From an uncultured virus (IMG/VR IMGVR_UViG_3300026493_000141) (taxonomy: Duplodnaviria; Heunggongvirae; Uroviricota; Caudoviricetes): 64,000 nucleotides of DNA. A program made the translations under genes and the position numbers. The notes beneath the pieces were generated by a model. That model was not told where the DNA came from. It made no database searches and saw only the letters and a program-made list of their open reading frames with translations. The stretch covers positions 1 to 64,000 of IMG/VR virus record IMGVR_UViG_3300026493_000141, one strand, 5' to 3'. Below are positions 48,022-56,661 of this stretch, one piece after another (position 1 is the first letter of the stretch; every line of letters starts with the position of its first letter).

Positions 48022-48644
48022 ATCCCTTCCCCTTGGAATAGCTCATATCTATCTCTACATCCTTCAAAGATATGTATTGTGTACTCATGACGGAGACAGT
48101 TACGTCTCGGCTGATAAGCCATATGGTCATACATAAGATATTCTTTCCTGCTGTCCACATAATAATTCTCCTTCTCTCTCTCATATATTAATTCATTTAT
48201 CTCTATTTTTTCTAATACCACAATTAGTTTAGGCTCTTTATCAGGCATTTCCTGACAAGAGGAATTGTAAAAGTGTTGTGTAGGTAATCCTTTTAAAACT
48301 ATGTTTTCAGTTCTCTTTTCTAACCCAGTTCTATTATTCATAACACTACTAGGTTGACAAGCTTTTAAAAATTCATATTTATTATCAGTATATATTTCAA
48401 ATCCCCAATCATGTATTGGTATTTCTAATTGTATATTAAACCAAACCTCTGCAACTTCACATGCTGCTTCCCAGCTTAGTCTACCCTTACTATGGTTATG
48501 TAGATAATATGCTAAAGAAGTAACATTGCTTGCACGTGTTTTACCTGTAGTAAACATGCTAGGTTTGTGATACCAGCAGAGGTGTAATAACTGATCAAAA
48601 GCTTCTCGTTGAGAATAGTTTAATGTATTTGGGTCTAATTTCAT
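48018..48644 (-). CDS. paralog family A protein (divergent)
   Basis: ATG 48644; EIYTD...FLKAC, IHIFE. Confidence 0.62.
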   Translation of the reverse strand: MKLDPNTLNYSQREAFDQLLHLCWYHKPSMFTTGKTRASNVTSLAYYLHNHSKGRLSWEAACEVAEVWFNIQLEIPIHDWGFEIYTDNKYEFLKACQPSSVMNNRTGLEKRTENIVLKGLPTQHFYNSSCQEMPDKEPKLIVVLEKIEINELIYEREKENYYVDSRKEYLMYDHMAYQPRRNCLRHEYTIHIFEGCRDRYELFQGEGI

Positions 48645-48691
48645 AGCCAACTCTCCCTTTGACTTAATAAAAGACAATAAGGGAATATCCC

Positions 48692-48997
48692 TTATTGCTT
48701 AAATAGTTCCATGCGTTTATCATAATCTCTCATAATAAAGTTATGATAATCATTTGGTTGCATTGGAAATGATTTTATTATTTCATTTATAGACATTTTC
48801 TTTATCTCATCTGTCAACATTTGATGACGTACTAAAGTAAATATTGATCTATATTGATTTTGTACTTGCTTATAAACTGTAGGTCTGATTAAACCTCCAT
48901 GTTTATCCTGTAACTTTATCATAGCTGAAATCGCAGAACGCTCCATCTTGTGCTTCCATATAAATTTTGCTATCTTTAGTTTTGTATGATAAAACAT
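48692..48997 (-). CDS. hypothetical basic protein
   Basis: 101 aa, SD AAGGTG. Confidence 0.6.
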   Translation of the reverse strand: MFYHTKLKIAKFIWKHKMERSAISAMIKLQDKHGGLIRPTVYKQVQNQYRSIFTLVRHQMLTDEIKKMSINEIIKSFPMQPNDYHNFIMRDYDKRMELFKQ

Positions 48998-49061
48998 AGA
49001 GACACCTTCTTTCTTTTTAGTAAAAAATAAAAGCGGGTGACAATTAAGTCACCCACAGGTA

Positions 49062-50348
49062 TTATGCAGCGAACTCACTTGGATCGTTGTACGCTGATAC
49101 GATATTCGCCATTACATCATCCACTGACATGTCTGTAGAAGAACCTAAATCATGTTTCGGAATATATGTATTGAATACCTCTAAGCTTAAATCTCTCATT
49201 GCTTCTCTCATGATTGGTTCTTCGTAGAACTTCTTCAGGAAGCCTTTCTGTTGGAACTTCATATGTTCTAAGCCATCGAAGTAATACCAACCAGAACCAC
49301 GTATTGCTCCCGCCTCTTTCAGAGTCACGAAGTTTGTAAGCATCCGGTCGAATCCATAATCTTGGTTGTAGACCATCTTAACTTCTTGACCTGCACGGTT
49401 TGTACGTGATTTAACTAGCTGTACTTTACTGTAGAATCCGTTAATACCGAACTCTTTCTCATCAGTTAACTTCGTGCTTGTAGTGAACTTGATGATGTTA
49501 TTTGATAAGTATAATGCCATGTGACCACCTGGTAATGTTTCATCTTGTTTCAGGTAGTTGATTTGTGCTGCTTTAGGCATATTAGAAATATTTACGTTTT
49601 GGTTGATGTGGTTAACCACAAATAAGATTACGTTTGCTTTTGCTAAGTCAGGCGCAATCGTACGGAAGATACGAGCATTTGTTTTTGCTTGAGAAGTTGT
49701 ACTCATTTGTCCTGCTAACTTCTCTTCTTCCGTTAAGTCCTTCGGCATTAATAATGGAAGTGAATCCAAAATAATTACTGAAGGGATAATTTTATAAATC
49801 GGTTTACCGTATGAATTAAATAATCCTGTAAAGTATGTAAACTCTTCAGGCATTTTCGCTGCCGCTTCCATCTTCTGATTACAGTGGATTTTAACACGCT
49901 CATAGAAGCTCTCTGCTGTAATCCCTTGTTGTCGTAAGATGTAACGATGCTGAACCATAGCTGGTGTCCAACCAGATACGTTCTGAATACGTGATTTAGA
50001 AGAACCACGTTCTAAGTCTTCATGTATAATTACGGAGTTAGGATATGGTGCTACAATCGAAGTAGCTGCTTGTACAGCGAACGTTGTTTTAGCTGTACCT
50101 GCTTTACCGATACACATTACAATTGTACCGTCACCAATCCCTAAACATTGGTTCTGATAAGAACCGCCATCTACTATGTTGTCAATCGTGTTGTACATAC
50201 CATTCTTAAAATCTAATGGTAAGAATGTTGTAGGATACCCAATAGCTACATCTACTTCAGATGACATACTAGGGTCTTTTGATTTACGAGTTTCTGCTCG
50301 AAACATGTCTGCTAGTTTACTTTGACCAGCTGTGTTATATAATTGCAT
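49062..50348 (-). CDS. recA: RecA/UvsX-like recombinase
   Basis: Walker A GKAGTAKTT, HEDLE, Walker B IILDS, FVVNHI, LPGG, LVKSR; ATG 50348 has SD GGAGG. Confidence 0.88.
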   Translation of the reverse strand: MQLYNTAGQSKLADMFRAETRKSKDPSMSSEVDVAIGYPTTFLPLDFKNGMYNTIDNIVDGGSYQNQCLGIGDGTIVMCIGKAGTAKTTFAVQAATSIVAPYPNSVIIHEDLERGSSKSRIQNVSGWTPAMVQHRYILRQQGITAESFYERVKIHCNQKMEAAAKMPEEFTYFTGLFNSYGKPIYKIIPSVIILDSLPLLMPKDLTEEEKLAGQMSTTSQAKTNARIFRTIAPDLAKANVILFVVNHINQNVNISNMPKAAQINYLKQDETLPGGHMALYLSNNIIKFTTSTKLTDEKEFGINGFYSKVQLVKSRTNRAGQEVKMVYNQDYGFDRMLTNFVTLKEAGAIRGSGWYYFDGLEHMKFQQKGFLKKFYEEPIMREAMRDLSLEVFNTYIPKHDLGSSTDMSVDDVMANIVSAYNDPSEFAA

Positions 50349-50412
50349 ATCCTCTTTTCCTCCTAAGAAAAAATAATATAAAGCTAGACACATGAGTGCC
50401 TAGCTTCACAGA

Positions 50413-51510
50413 TTATACTAACTTAATCATCTTGATGCTAGTCATATCTGTTCTATTTAGTTGTTCGAGAACAGGTAGAAACTTATCCATTGAAATAGTC
50501 TCATCGATAAAGATGTTTGTATTTGGATGTGCACCTTTGATTGTTTTCTTCGCAGCGTCTACTGCAATAACTGTTACTTTACCTTTGAAGTGATCTAACA
50601 CTTTACCAAAGTTTTGTTTGTTTGTAATTGCAATGTTAAATCCAGTTCCTGGATTCTTTTGTTTATTGTTTACTCGCACACCTTTGTTTTGAGGGTGGCG
50701 AGATTCAGTTGATTTAGCTCCATCACGTTTAACGAATGGTTTACCTTGACCTTGTCCTGTACGCCATTTGCCGTCACGAGGTGTTGGTTTTGCTGCCGGT
50801 TTACCAAATGGTTTCTTATCTACTGGTCGTTTACCATTAGCTTTACCATATCTAGAAGCCGCTTTTACTTTCTTAGGCTTTGGTAATGCCGGTTTTACTT
50901 TTGTACCGTCAGCTTTTGTTAATGTAAATAATGCTTTTGCAGTATCTTCTAGTTTCTCTTTTAAACGAGTAACCTTCGGTTCACTACCTGCTGTTACTAC
51001 ATGAGAGAACTGCTGCTTTTTCTTCATATCTTCAGTAATAACTTCAATTTTATTATTTGGATTCGTTTTCATATTTACAATTGCAATGAATTGTTTACGA
51101 TATTTATTATTGCGATTTCCTTCTTTAGTATCATGACTAAAGATACCGTAGAAATAAACATCGATATCGGAATCCGTACGGATGTCCATGATGCGTTCGT
51201 TTACATCAGTATAGAAACTGATTAACGCATATGTATTGTCATCTTTTTCATTATCCTTTTTAATACCGATAACTGGACGTCCTTGCTTATTGAATACAAC
51301 CTTCAGCTTAGTATAATTGAAAGCTCCATTTGGAAATGCTTCCTTAGCTGCTGTACCGACTGAGACAAATGTGTTTTTAACCACTTCTTTTTTGTCTTCC
51401 CCAATTGTATGATTCGCTGTCCAGAATGCTGGGAACTTAGGATTGTTTTTATCGTAGTCCCAACCTTTTTGTTTGAATGTTTTCTTTCCAAAGTTAATAA
51501 TGCGTAGCAT
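50413..51510 (-). CDS. basic hypothetical protein with long K/P/G-rich disordered segment
   Basis: 365 aa, SD AGGGAG, late promoter at 51571-51582. Confidence 0.75.
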   Translation of the reverse strand: MLRIINFGKKTFKQKGWDYDKNNPKFPAFWTANHTIGEDKKEVVKNTFVSVGTAAKEAFPNGAFNYTKLKVVFNKQGRPVIGIKKDNEKDDNTYALISFYTDVNERIMDIRTDSDIDVYFYGIFSHDTKEGNRNNKYRKQFIAIVNMKTNPNNKIEVITEDMKKKQQFSHVVTAGSEPKVTRLKEKLEDTAKALFTLTKADGTKVKPALPKPKKVKAASRYGKANGKRPVDKKPFGKPAAKPTPRDGKWRTGQGQGKPFVKRDGAKSTESRHPQNKGVRVNNKQKNPGTGFNIAITNKQNFGKVLDHFKGKVTVIAVDAAKKTIKGAHPNTNIFIDETISMDKFLPVLEQLNRTDMTSIKMIKLV

Positions 51511-51570
51511 AATAAATCTCTCCCTTGATAGTTATATTTTTTATATTTCTAGTCAGCGAATCCTTTCGCT

Positions 51571-51582
51571 CAATAAATTGTT
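51571..51582 (-). promoter_or_regulatory. late-type promoter
   Basis: AACA ATTTAT TG followed by 5' hairpin AGCGAA/TTCGCT. Confidence 0.7.
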
Positions 51583-51602
51583 AGATTGATTGTAAAATGT
51601 TA

Positions 51603-52226
51603 TTATTTTCCAACCTTCTTCAGCATTGCTTCATAATCACTAGAACGCATACAAGTAATCGGACGAGTTTCATAAATCGCTTTGATTACTAATGCATCAT
51701 ATAGAGCGTTATGTTTGTTATCTTCTGAGAATCCTTCAATTGCAAAAGTAAGTAAGTCCTCTCTACATTTATCAAATGCTTCCTTCGGACTAATCCCCAT
51801 GTACTCTGCAATAATCTCATTTAAGTCTACACATGTTTTACTAATACGGTCTGGAATATCAAAGATATTATCAGATAGTAAATCTAGTAATAGTGCGAAA
51901 TCAAAATGGGATACATCTGATACGAATTGGATTTCTCCAGACATATCACTTAACCAGGAACATAGTTCTTTACGTACGTGTAGCTTATCCCCTTTAGCTA
52001 CAACTCCTGATGCTTTCTTGATTGTTTGTCCATCGTTTAAGTTCTGTAATAATAAGTTCTGGATTACATTCTTCTCTAACCATTCATCAATTTGAGAATA
52101 ATCATAATCAGTTAATTCAGCATAGAATTGACTGCCATTCTCAGCAATCAATCCAATTGAAATAAGTGTAGTCCCCATATGTAATCCTGTAAATTCTGTG
52201 TCAAAGTAAATGTTAGTGATTGTCAT
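51603..52226 (-). CDS. DEDDh 3'-5' exonuclease (Rv2179c-like exoribonuclease type)
   Basis: YFDTEFTGL..LISIGL, FDF, HNALYDA. Confidence 0.85.
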   Translation of the reverse strand: MTITNIYFDTEFTGLHMGTTLISIGLIAENGSQFYAELTDYDYSQIDEWLEKNVIQNLLLQNLNDGQTIKKASGVVAKGDKLHVRKELCSWLSDMSGEIQFVSDVSHFDFALLLDLLSDNIFDIPDRISKTCVDLNEIIAEYMGISPKEAFDKCREDLLTFAIEGFSEDNKHNALYDALVIKAIYETRPITCMRSSDYEAMLKKVGK

Positions 52227-52252
52227 TATACTCTCTCCCTTATTATCTTTTA

Positions 52253-52264
52253 TAATTACTTGTT
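52253..52264 (-). promoter_or_regulatory. late-type promoter
   Basis: AACA AGTAAT TA. Confidence 0.6.
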
Positions 52265-52312
52265 TTAGTATTATTAATTCGTCAAAAAAGAAGACTAGGA
52301 AGTCCTAGTCTT

Positions 52313-52951
52313 TTATTTAAAGTTTGCACGTCTTTCTTTTGATGGAACAAGTTTTACCAACTTAGGCGTAAACTCTTCTCCACCTTTAAACCATTTTGTA
52401 AATTTACCAATGTTACCTTCAACCCAATTTATTTTACATTCTAAATCAGGGTATTGTGCCGATATATTTTTTACAGCAGATGACATATCTTGTGCAGTAT
52501 AGGTATCAATAATAATACAACCTGCTTCAGTATCGACAACTTTGCCTTCCAGTAATTCCAGTACAGTATCTAATTTATGTACAAATCGTACTGGATCAAA
52601 GCGTGGTCTCATTCTATCAATATGAATCATACTCTCTTCTTCATCTGCAATATTTATCATATGGGTAGCCATCTTAATAGCTAAGTCAACGTTCTCTATT
52701 TCATAGAATAATCGATAACGTGATGTGATATAATGTGTTGCAACTGCAAGATCACGTATATCTGAAATAGGGTATCCTTTATTTGTCTTTCTAACAATCC
52801 TATTACGTAAATTAGTAAGTAATAGTTCATCCAATTCACGTGAGCCTGCAAATCCGGCTATTTCTTCTTTAGCCTGCTGTAACTGCTCTTTTGAATCTCC
52901 TGTTATAATAATCTTACTTTCGAAAATATCTTGAATCATTAATCTTGTCAT
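52313..52951 (-). CDS. paralog family B protein
   Basis: IIITGDSKEQL, NRIV, FDP, LEGKVV, ISAQYPDL. Confidence 0.72.
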   Translation of the reverse strand: MTRLMIQDIFESKIIITGDSKEQLQQAKEEIAGFAGSRELDELLLTNLRNRIVRKTNKGYPISDIRDLAVATHYITSRYRLFYEIENVDLAIKMATHMINIADEEESMIHIDRMRPRFDPVRFVHKLDTVLELLEGKVVDTEAGCIIIDTYTAQDMSSAVKNISAQYPDLECKINWVEGNIGKFTKWFKGGEEFTPKLVKLVPSKERRANFK

Positions 52952-52952
52952 T

Positions 52953-53570
52953 TTATTTCTCTCCCTTAATAATAGTAAATAAATCTCTCATTCTAACCGA
53001 ATGCTGTACAACTTCATGATTATAAATTGAGCCATTATCGTAATGTAGTATAGTCTTTGTGCCATCCTCATGCTCAGTTTCAACCATGACATATAGATAA
53101 TGAATCTTAGATAACTCTGTCATTCGAGCTACCACATCAGCATCCGTATATAAATCAACTCTATATCTAAATACATCACTTACAACCTTACCGTCAATTA
53201 AATCAATAAATTCATTGATTGTATCTAGAAACGGTGTTTGGTTAAGTATTGATTTATTTTGTAATTCTAAAAATTCTCTCATCCATAGTTTTGGTAATTT
53301 TTCTTCCTTAATAGTAGTTAATGCTTCCTCTACAGGCATAGATTTAAATTGAACGTAATTGTCCATAAGATATTGCATACATACTATTTCTATCTGACGT
53401 TCATTGGTAGACTCTTTATCCTGTAAGGTATTTATATATCTATCCTTCATTTCTAGTATTAGTCTATCATCCATTAATACATCTTGAGCCGCACGTAGTA
53501 TATGTGTATCATCGTATGATTCATGCTCCTCTACAGTAACATGATATCTTTTTGCATTTGATGTTTTCAT
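52953..53570 (-). CDS. paralog family B protein
   Basis: QYLMDNY..FK, D.DVV.RM..LS shared with 53589. Confidence 0.75.
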   Translation of the reverse strand: MKTSNAKRYHVTVEEHESYDDTHILRAAQDVLMDDRLILEMKDRYINTLQDKESTNERQIEIVCMQYLMDNYVQFKSMPVEEALTTIKEEKLPKLWMREFLELQNKSILNQTPFLDTINEFIDLIDGKVVSDVFRYRVDLYTDADVVARMTELSKIHYLYVMVETEHEDGTKTILHYDNGSIYNHEVVQHSVRMRDLFTIIKGEK

Positions 53571-53588
53571 TTTATATCCCCCTTATTA

Positions 53589-54197
53589 TTAGTTAACTTC
53601 TGTTAATTCACGATATCTAATTTGATAAGTGGTAGGTTCGTCTTTATATACTACCCCGTTATTAAAAGTGACATTGCCTATAGATTTATCGGCACGTTTT
53701 ATCATAATATCGATATACACATTCTTATCCATAGATAACTGCTTCATACGGTCTACCACATCTATATCTGAAGTAAGTTCGGCGCGAAATACTTCAGTCA
53801 TACTTGTTTCAGTAATCGTGCCACTGATTTTATAAATGAAATGATCCATTTTCTTTATCATGGATAATCTATCTTGACATGTATACGCTTTTAATATCTC
53901 ACGTTTCTCATAATCCATAACCTCAATCATCACTTTCATAATTTCAAATGCATCAGTACTTTCTAAATTCTTAAATATCGGATAGTTGTCCATTAGAAAT
54001 TGAATCGACATTAATTGACGAAAATGATCATTTTCCGATAGTCCTCCATTGGTATTATTTACAAAAGCTTCACGTACACCTACAATCAATTTATCATTTG
54101 TAAGTGAGTCCTCTAGTGCATTCCGTATACCAATCATATCCTCCTCAGCATAGTTTGTTATCTTAATCGAGTAATCGATTAGCTTTGATTCTTTCAT
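53589..54197 (-). CDS. paralog family B protein
   Basis: ATG 54197 (SD GGAGAGG); QFLMDNY..FK. Confidence 0.75.
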   Translation of the reverse strand: MKESKLIDYSIKITNYAEEDMIGIRNALEDSLTNDKLIVGVREAFVNNTNGGLSENDHFRQLMSIQFLMDNYPIFKNLESTDAFEIMKVMIEVMDYEKREILKAYTCQDRLSMIKKMDHFIYKISGTITETSMTEVFRAELTSDIDVVDRMKQLSMDKNVYIDIMIKRADKSIGNVTFNNGVVYKDEPTTYQIRYRELTEVN

Positions 54198-54279
54198 TTT
54201 ATAAGTCTCCTCTCCAAAAAAATTTGGGTTATAAATAAAATAAAAGATAGATATACCCGAAGGTATATCTATCAATTCA

Positions 54280-55245
54280 TTAGCTTAATAAATCTTTGCT
54301 AATGTTGTTACGTACTAAACGGTCAACTGTTAACTTGATACGACGGTATTCTTCACCATCTAATTGCATGAAGTTAATACGACGTTTCACATGAGCGTTC
54401 TGTCTACGAGCTTTTGTGTACTCTTTCAAGATAGAACGACGCTCATCGTTGTCCATTTTATTCATTGTTTTTAAAGCCCACTCAGTAACTAAGTCGAATC
54501 CTTCTTTTTCAAGGTCATCTAAGTTGTTACGGTTTTGAGCTTTCTCTAATAATACGGTTAACATGAATTCTTCCATGTTACGACCATGCACAATCTTGAT
54601 TGCTTTCTCTACATCTTTGTATCCTAATTCTTCAGAAGCTACTGCTTCGTATAGAACGTTTAGGAACTGGTAAGTGCGGTCACGCATGAATCGGCGTGGG
54701 CAACCTTTGTAAGATTGTGCTAATAGAATGATAAGTAAAGCATCTAAGTTTGATACTTTTAATACTTTACGTAATTTCTTAATACGATCTTCCTCTGAGT
54801 CAGCGATTACTTGTAAGTAACGTTTTAATACTTTCTCATCATCTTGGAAGACTTTCTTTAAATGTAATTCACTGATAGTGAATACTAATAGTGGATCAAT
54901 GTCACCTTCATCTTTACAGATGTCAGTTAAAGCTCTTGCGAACTTGTTGTTTAAGAATACATCTGCGATATCATCGATATCTTCAAACAGTTTAGAGTAT
55001 CCTTGTTGGAAGTATTTGAATAAGTTTGATTTAAACTCTTTCATGTTACCGTCTAACTCATCTACTAATTCATCGCGATCGATTTTCTTTAAAGTCTTTG
55101 TTTTCAATAGAGTCTTTAAAGGAATGCTGCTATGGCTACCATGACCGTATCCGTTTCCATTACCACGGCGGTTACGTTTGTGCTTAGGAGCCTTTCTTTG
55201 AGCTAATTGATCCAATTTGTAGATTGCTTTGATTGCGTTTGACAT
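54280..55245 (-). CDS. alpha-helical hypothetical protein with basic N-terminus, downstream of tubulin
   Basis: 321 aa, SD GAGGAGG, late promoter at 55289-55300. Confidence 0.78.
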   Translation of the reverse strand: MSNAIKAIYKLDQLAQRKAPKHKRNRRGNGNGYGHGSHSSIPLKTLLKTKTLKKIDRDELVDELDGNMKEFKSNLFKYFQQGYSKLFEDIDDIADVFLNNKFARALTDICKDEGDIDPLLVFTISELHLKKVFQDDEKVLKRYLQVIADSEEDRIKKLRKVLKVSNLDALLIILLAQSYKGCPRRFMRDRTYQFLNVLYEAVASEELGYKDVEKAIKIVHGRNMEEFMLTVLLEKAQNRNNLDDLEKEGFDLVTEWALKTMNKMDNDERRSILKEYTKARRQNAHVKRRINFMQLDGEEYRRIKLTVDRLVRNNISKDLLS

Positions 55246-55288
55246 TTTTATTTCCTCCTCGGTTATATACCTTTAATTTGGTTTTCAT

Positions 55289-55300
55289 TAGTAATATGTT
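55289..55300 (-). promoter_or_regulatory. late-type promoter
   Basis: AACA TATTAC TA. Confidence 0.6.
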
Positions 55301-55385
55301 ATATATTCATTAATTATATACACCTATAAGGGGAATGGATGGATGTCCACTTCCCCTTACACTGTGCTTATACATTAATAGCTAA

Positions 55386-56501
55386 TTAATAATTTCCTAA
55401 GATAGAATCTGCATCTGTCTCAGGTTCTTCATTTAAATCTTTGATTGTTGTATCATCTTCCTCGCTATTTAACCAGTCTAAAGAACCTGCGATTTCACCC
55501 AGGTTATCCTTGCGGCTACGAGTTAAGTTTTCTTTCATGCTGTTTAACTTCTCTGCTATGTCCTCTATGCGTGTTGCAGGGTAAGACATTCCAGCCATAA
55601 TTGTTACGATAGAACCTGCTTCAGATTCTCCAATGCAATTGATATGTTCGAAGATTTCATATGGCTCACCATATACTTCTTTCATCTTCGTGTAATAGCT
55701 ATCAATTGTCTTTAATAATGATTCAGGCAATGTATGGATTACACCGACACGTTTGATTGCACGATCACGTTCGATATCCACATTGTTACTTCCTTTGATT
55801 GATGTAATCATTAATTCGTTTACATCTCTATCATTTAAATAGTTCTCTTTAATACCAGAGACTTTACTTACTGTGATAAGTCCTTTCGAACCAATTAATT
55901 TCAATCTGTCACGGTCATCCATTACACCGTAAGCAGTTGTTTCACATAAGTCACCTCTGAATACTTTCAGATCATTTACAAAAGCATTGTTGATTGTTTT
56001 GAATACTTCTGTAATTGGACCTTTCACTGTTTCGTTATCATACATTAGATAACCTAAGTCCAAGTTCTTAATCTCAGCCATACACTCAATTGTATTCTTT
56101 TGAGCTACTGGAGATTCTTTTACACTTGGAATGATTAATGCGTTTAAGTATACAGGACCTTTTACAAGGGAACGTAGTAAATCCGTCATAATCGGAATCA
56201 TCCCTGAGCCTGTACCTCCACCTGTAGAACCCGCTACAACGATTACGTTGCACTCGCCTAGAAGTGTTTGTATATCACCAATGATTGGTTTATATTTTTG
56301 TTTCACAAATGCTTTGGCACGATTGCGGTCTTTCCCACATCCGTCTTCCCCAATAAGCATCTTTTCAACTGATTCGTTCATTGTCATTAAGTCAGCCTCA
56401 GTACTATTAATTGCAATTACATCGAAGCCTGCTTCTGATGCTAAGTTTGCTAACTGATTCCCTGCTGATCCAATACCGATTACTCCAATTTTAAGTGTCA
56501 T
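55386..56501 (-). CDS. tubZ: tubulin/FtsZ-family GTPase (TubZ/PhuZ-like)
   Basis: VIGIGSAGNQ, INST..DL, GCGKD, signature GGGTGSG, YDN, T7-like MDDRD; acidic C-tail. Confidence 0.9.
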   Translation of the reverse strand: MTLKIGVIGIGSAGNQLANLASEAGFDVIAINSTEADLMTMNESVEKMLIGEDGCGKDRNRAKAFVKQKYKPIIGDIQTLLGECNVIVVAGSTGGGTGSGMIPIMTDLLRSLVKGPVYLNALIIPSVKESPVAQKNTIECMAEIKNLDLGYLMYDNETVKGPITEVFKTINNAFVNDLKVFRGDLCETTAYGVMDDRDRLKLIGSKGLITVSKVSGIKENYLNDRDVNELMITSIKGSNNVDIERDRAIKRVGVIHTLPESLLKTIDSYYTKMKEVYGEPYEIFEHINCIGESEAGSIVTIMAGMSYPATRIEDIAEKLNSMKENLTRSRKDNLGEIAGSLDWLNSEEDDTTIKDLNEEPETDADSILGNY

Positions 56502-56553
56502 AATATTTCTCTCTCCTCAGTCTAATTATATTTTTATATGTAGGTTTTTCCCA

Positions 56554-56565
56554 CAATACTTTGTT
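56554..56565 (-). promoter_or_regulatory. late-type promoter (tubulin)
   Basis: AACA AAGTAT TG. Confidence 0.65.
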
Positions 56566-56622
56566 TCATGTAATGTAGAATTACATAGAAAATCAACTCC
56601 TTAAATATATTTTTTATATTGA

Positions 56623-56642
56623 CTCACCTATATAATGTATAG
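56623..56642 (-). promoter_or_regulatory. early-type promoter (tubulin)
   Basis: CTATACATTAT ATAGG TGAG. Confidence 0.75.
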
Positions 56643-56661
56643 TTAAATTATAGGTTAAATT

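Noticed and set aside
24345..54275. Longest-ORF N-terminal extensions (e.g. MTERLPLLIF, MCLALYYFF, MIDIPSGISIF)
   Set aside because: They run through terminators, and downstream ATGs have strong SDs, so the starts were corrected.
54280..55245. Chimallin (nuclear shell protein) call for the tubulin neighbour
   Set aside because: It is about half the size of known ChmA, looks all-helical and shows no recognisable similarity.
38526..55358. + strand AUGGA loops as CsrA/RsmA-binding sponge RNAs
   Set aside because: All local promoters and genes are on the - strand, where the loops read CCAU; there is no evidence of + strand transcription.
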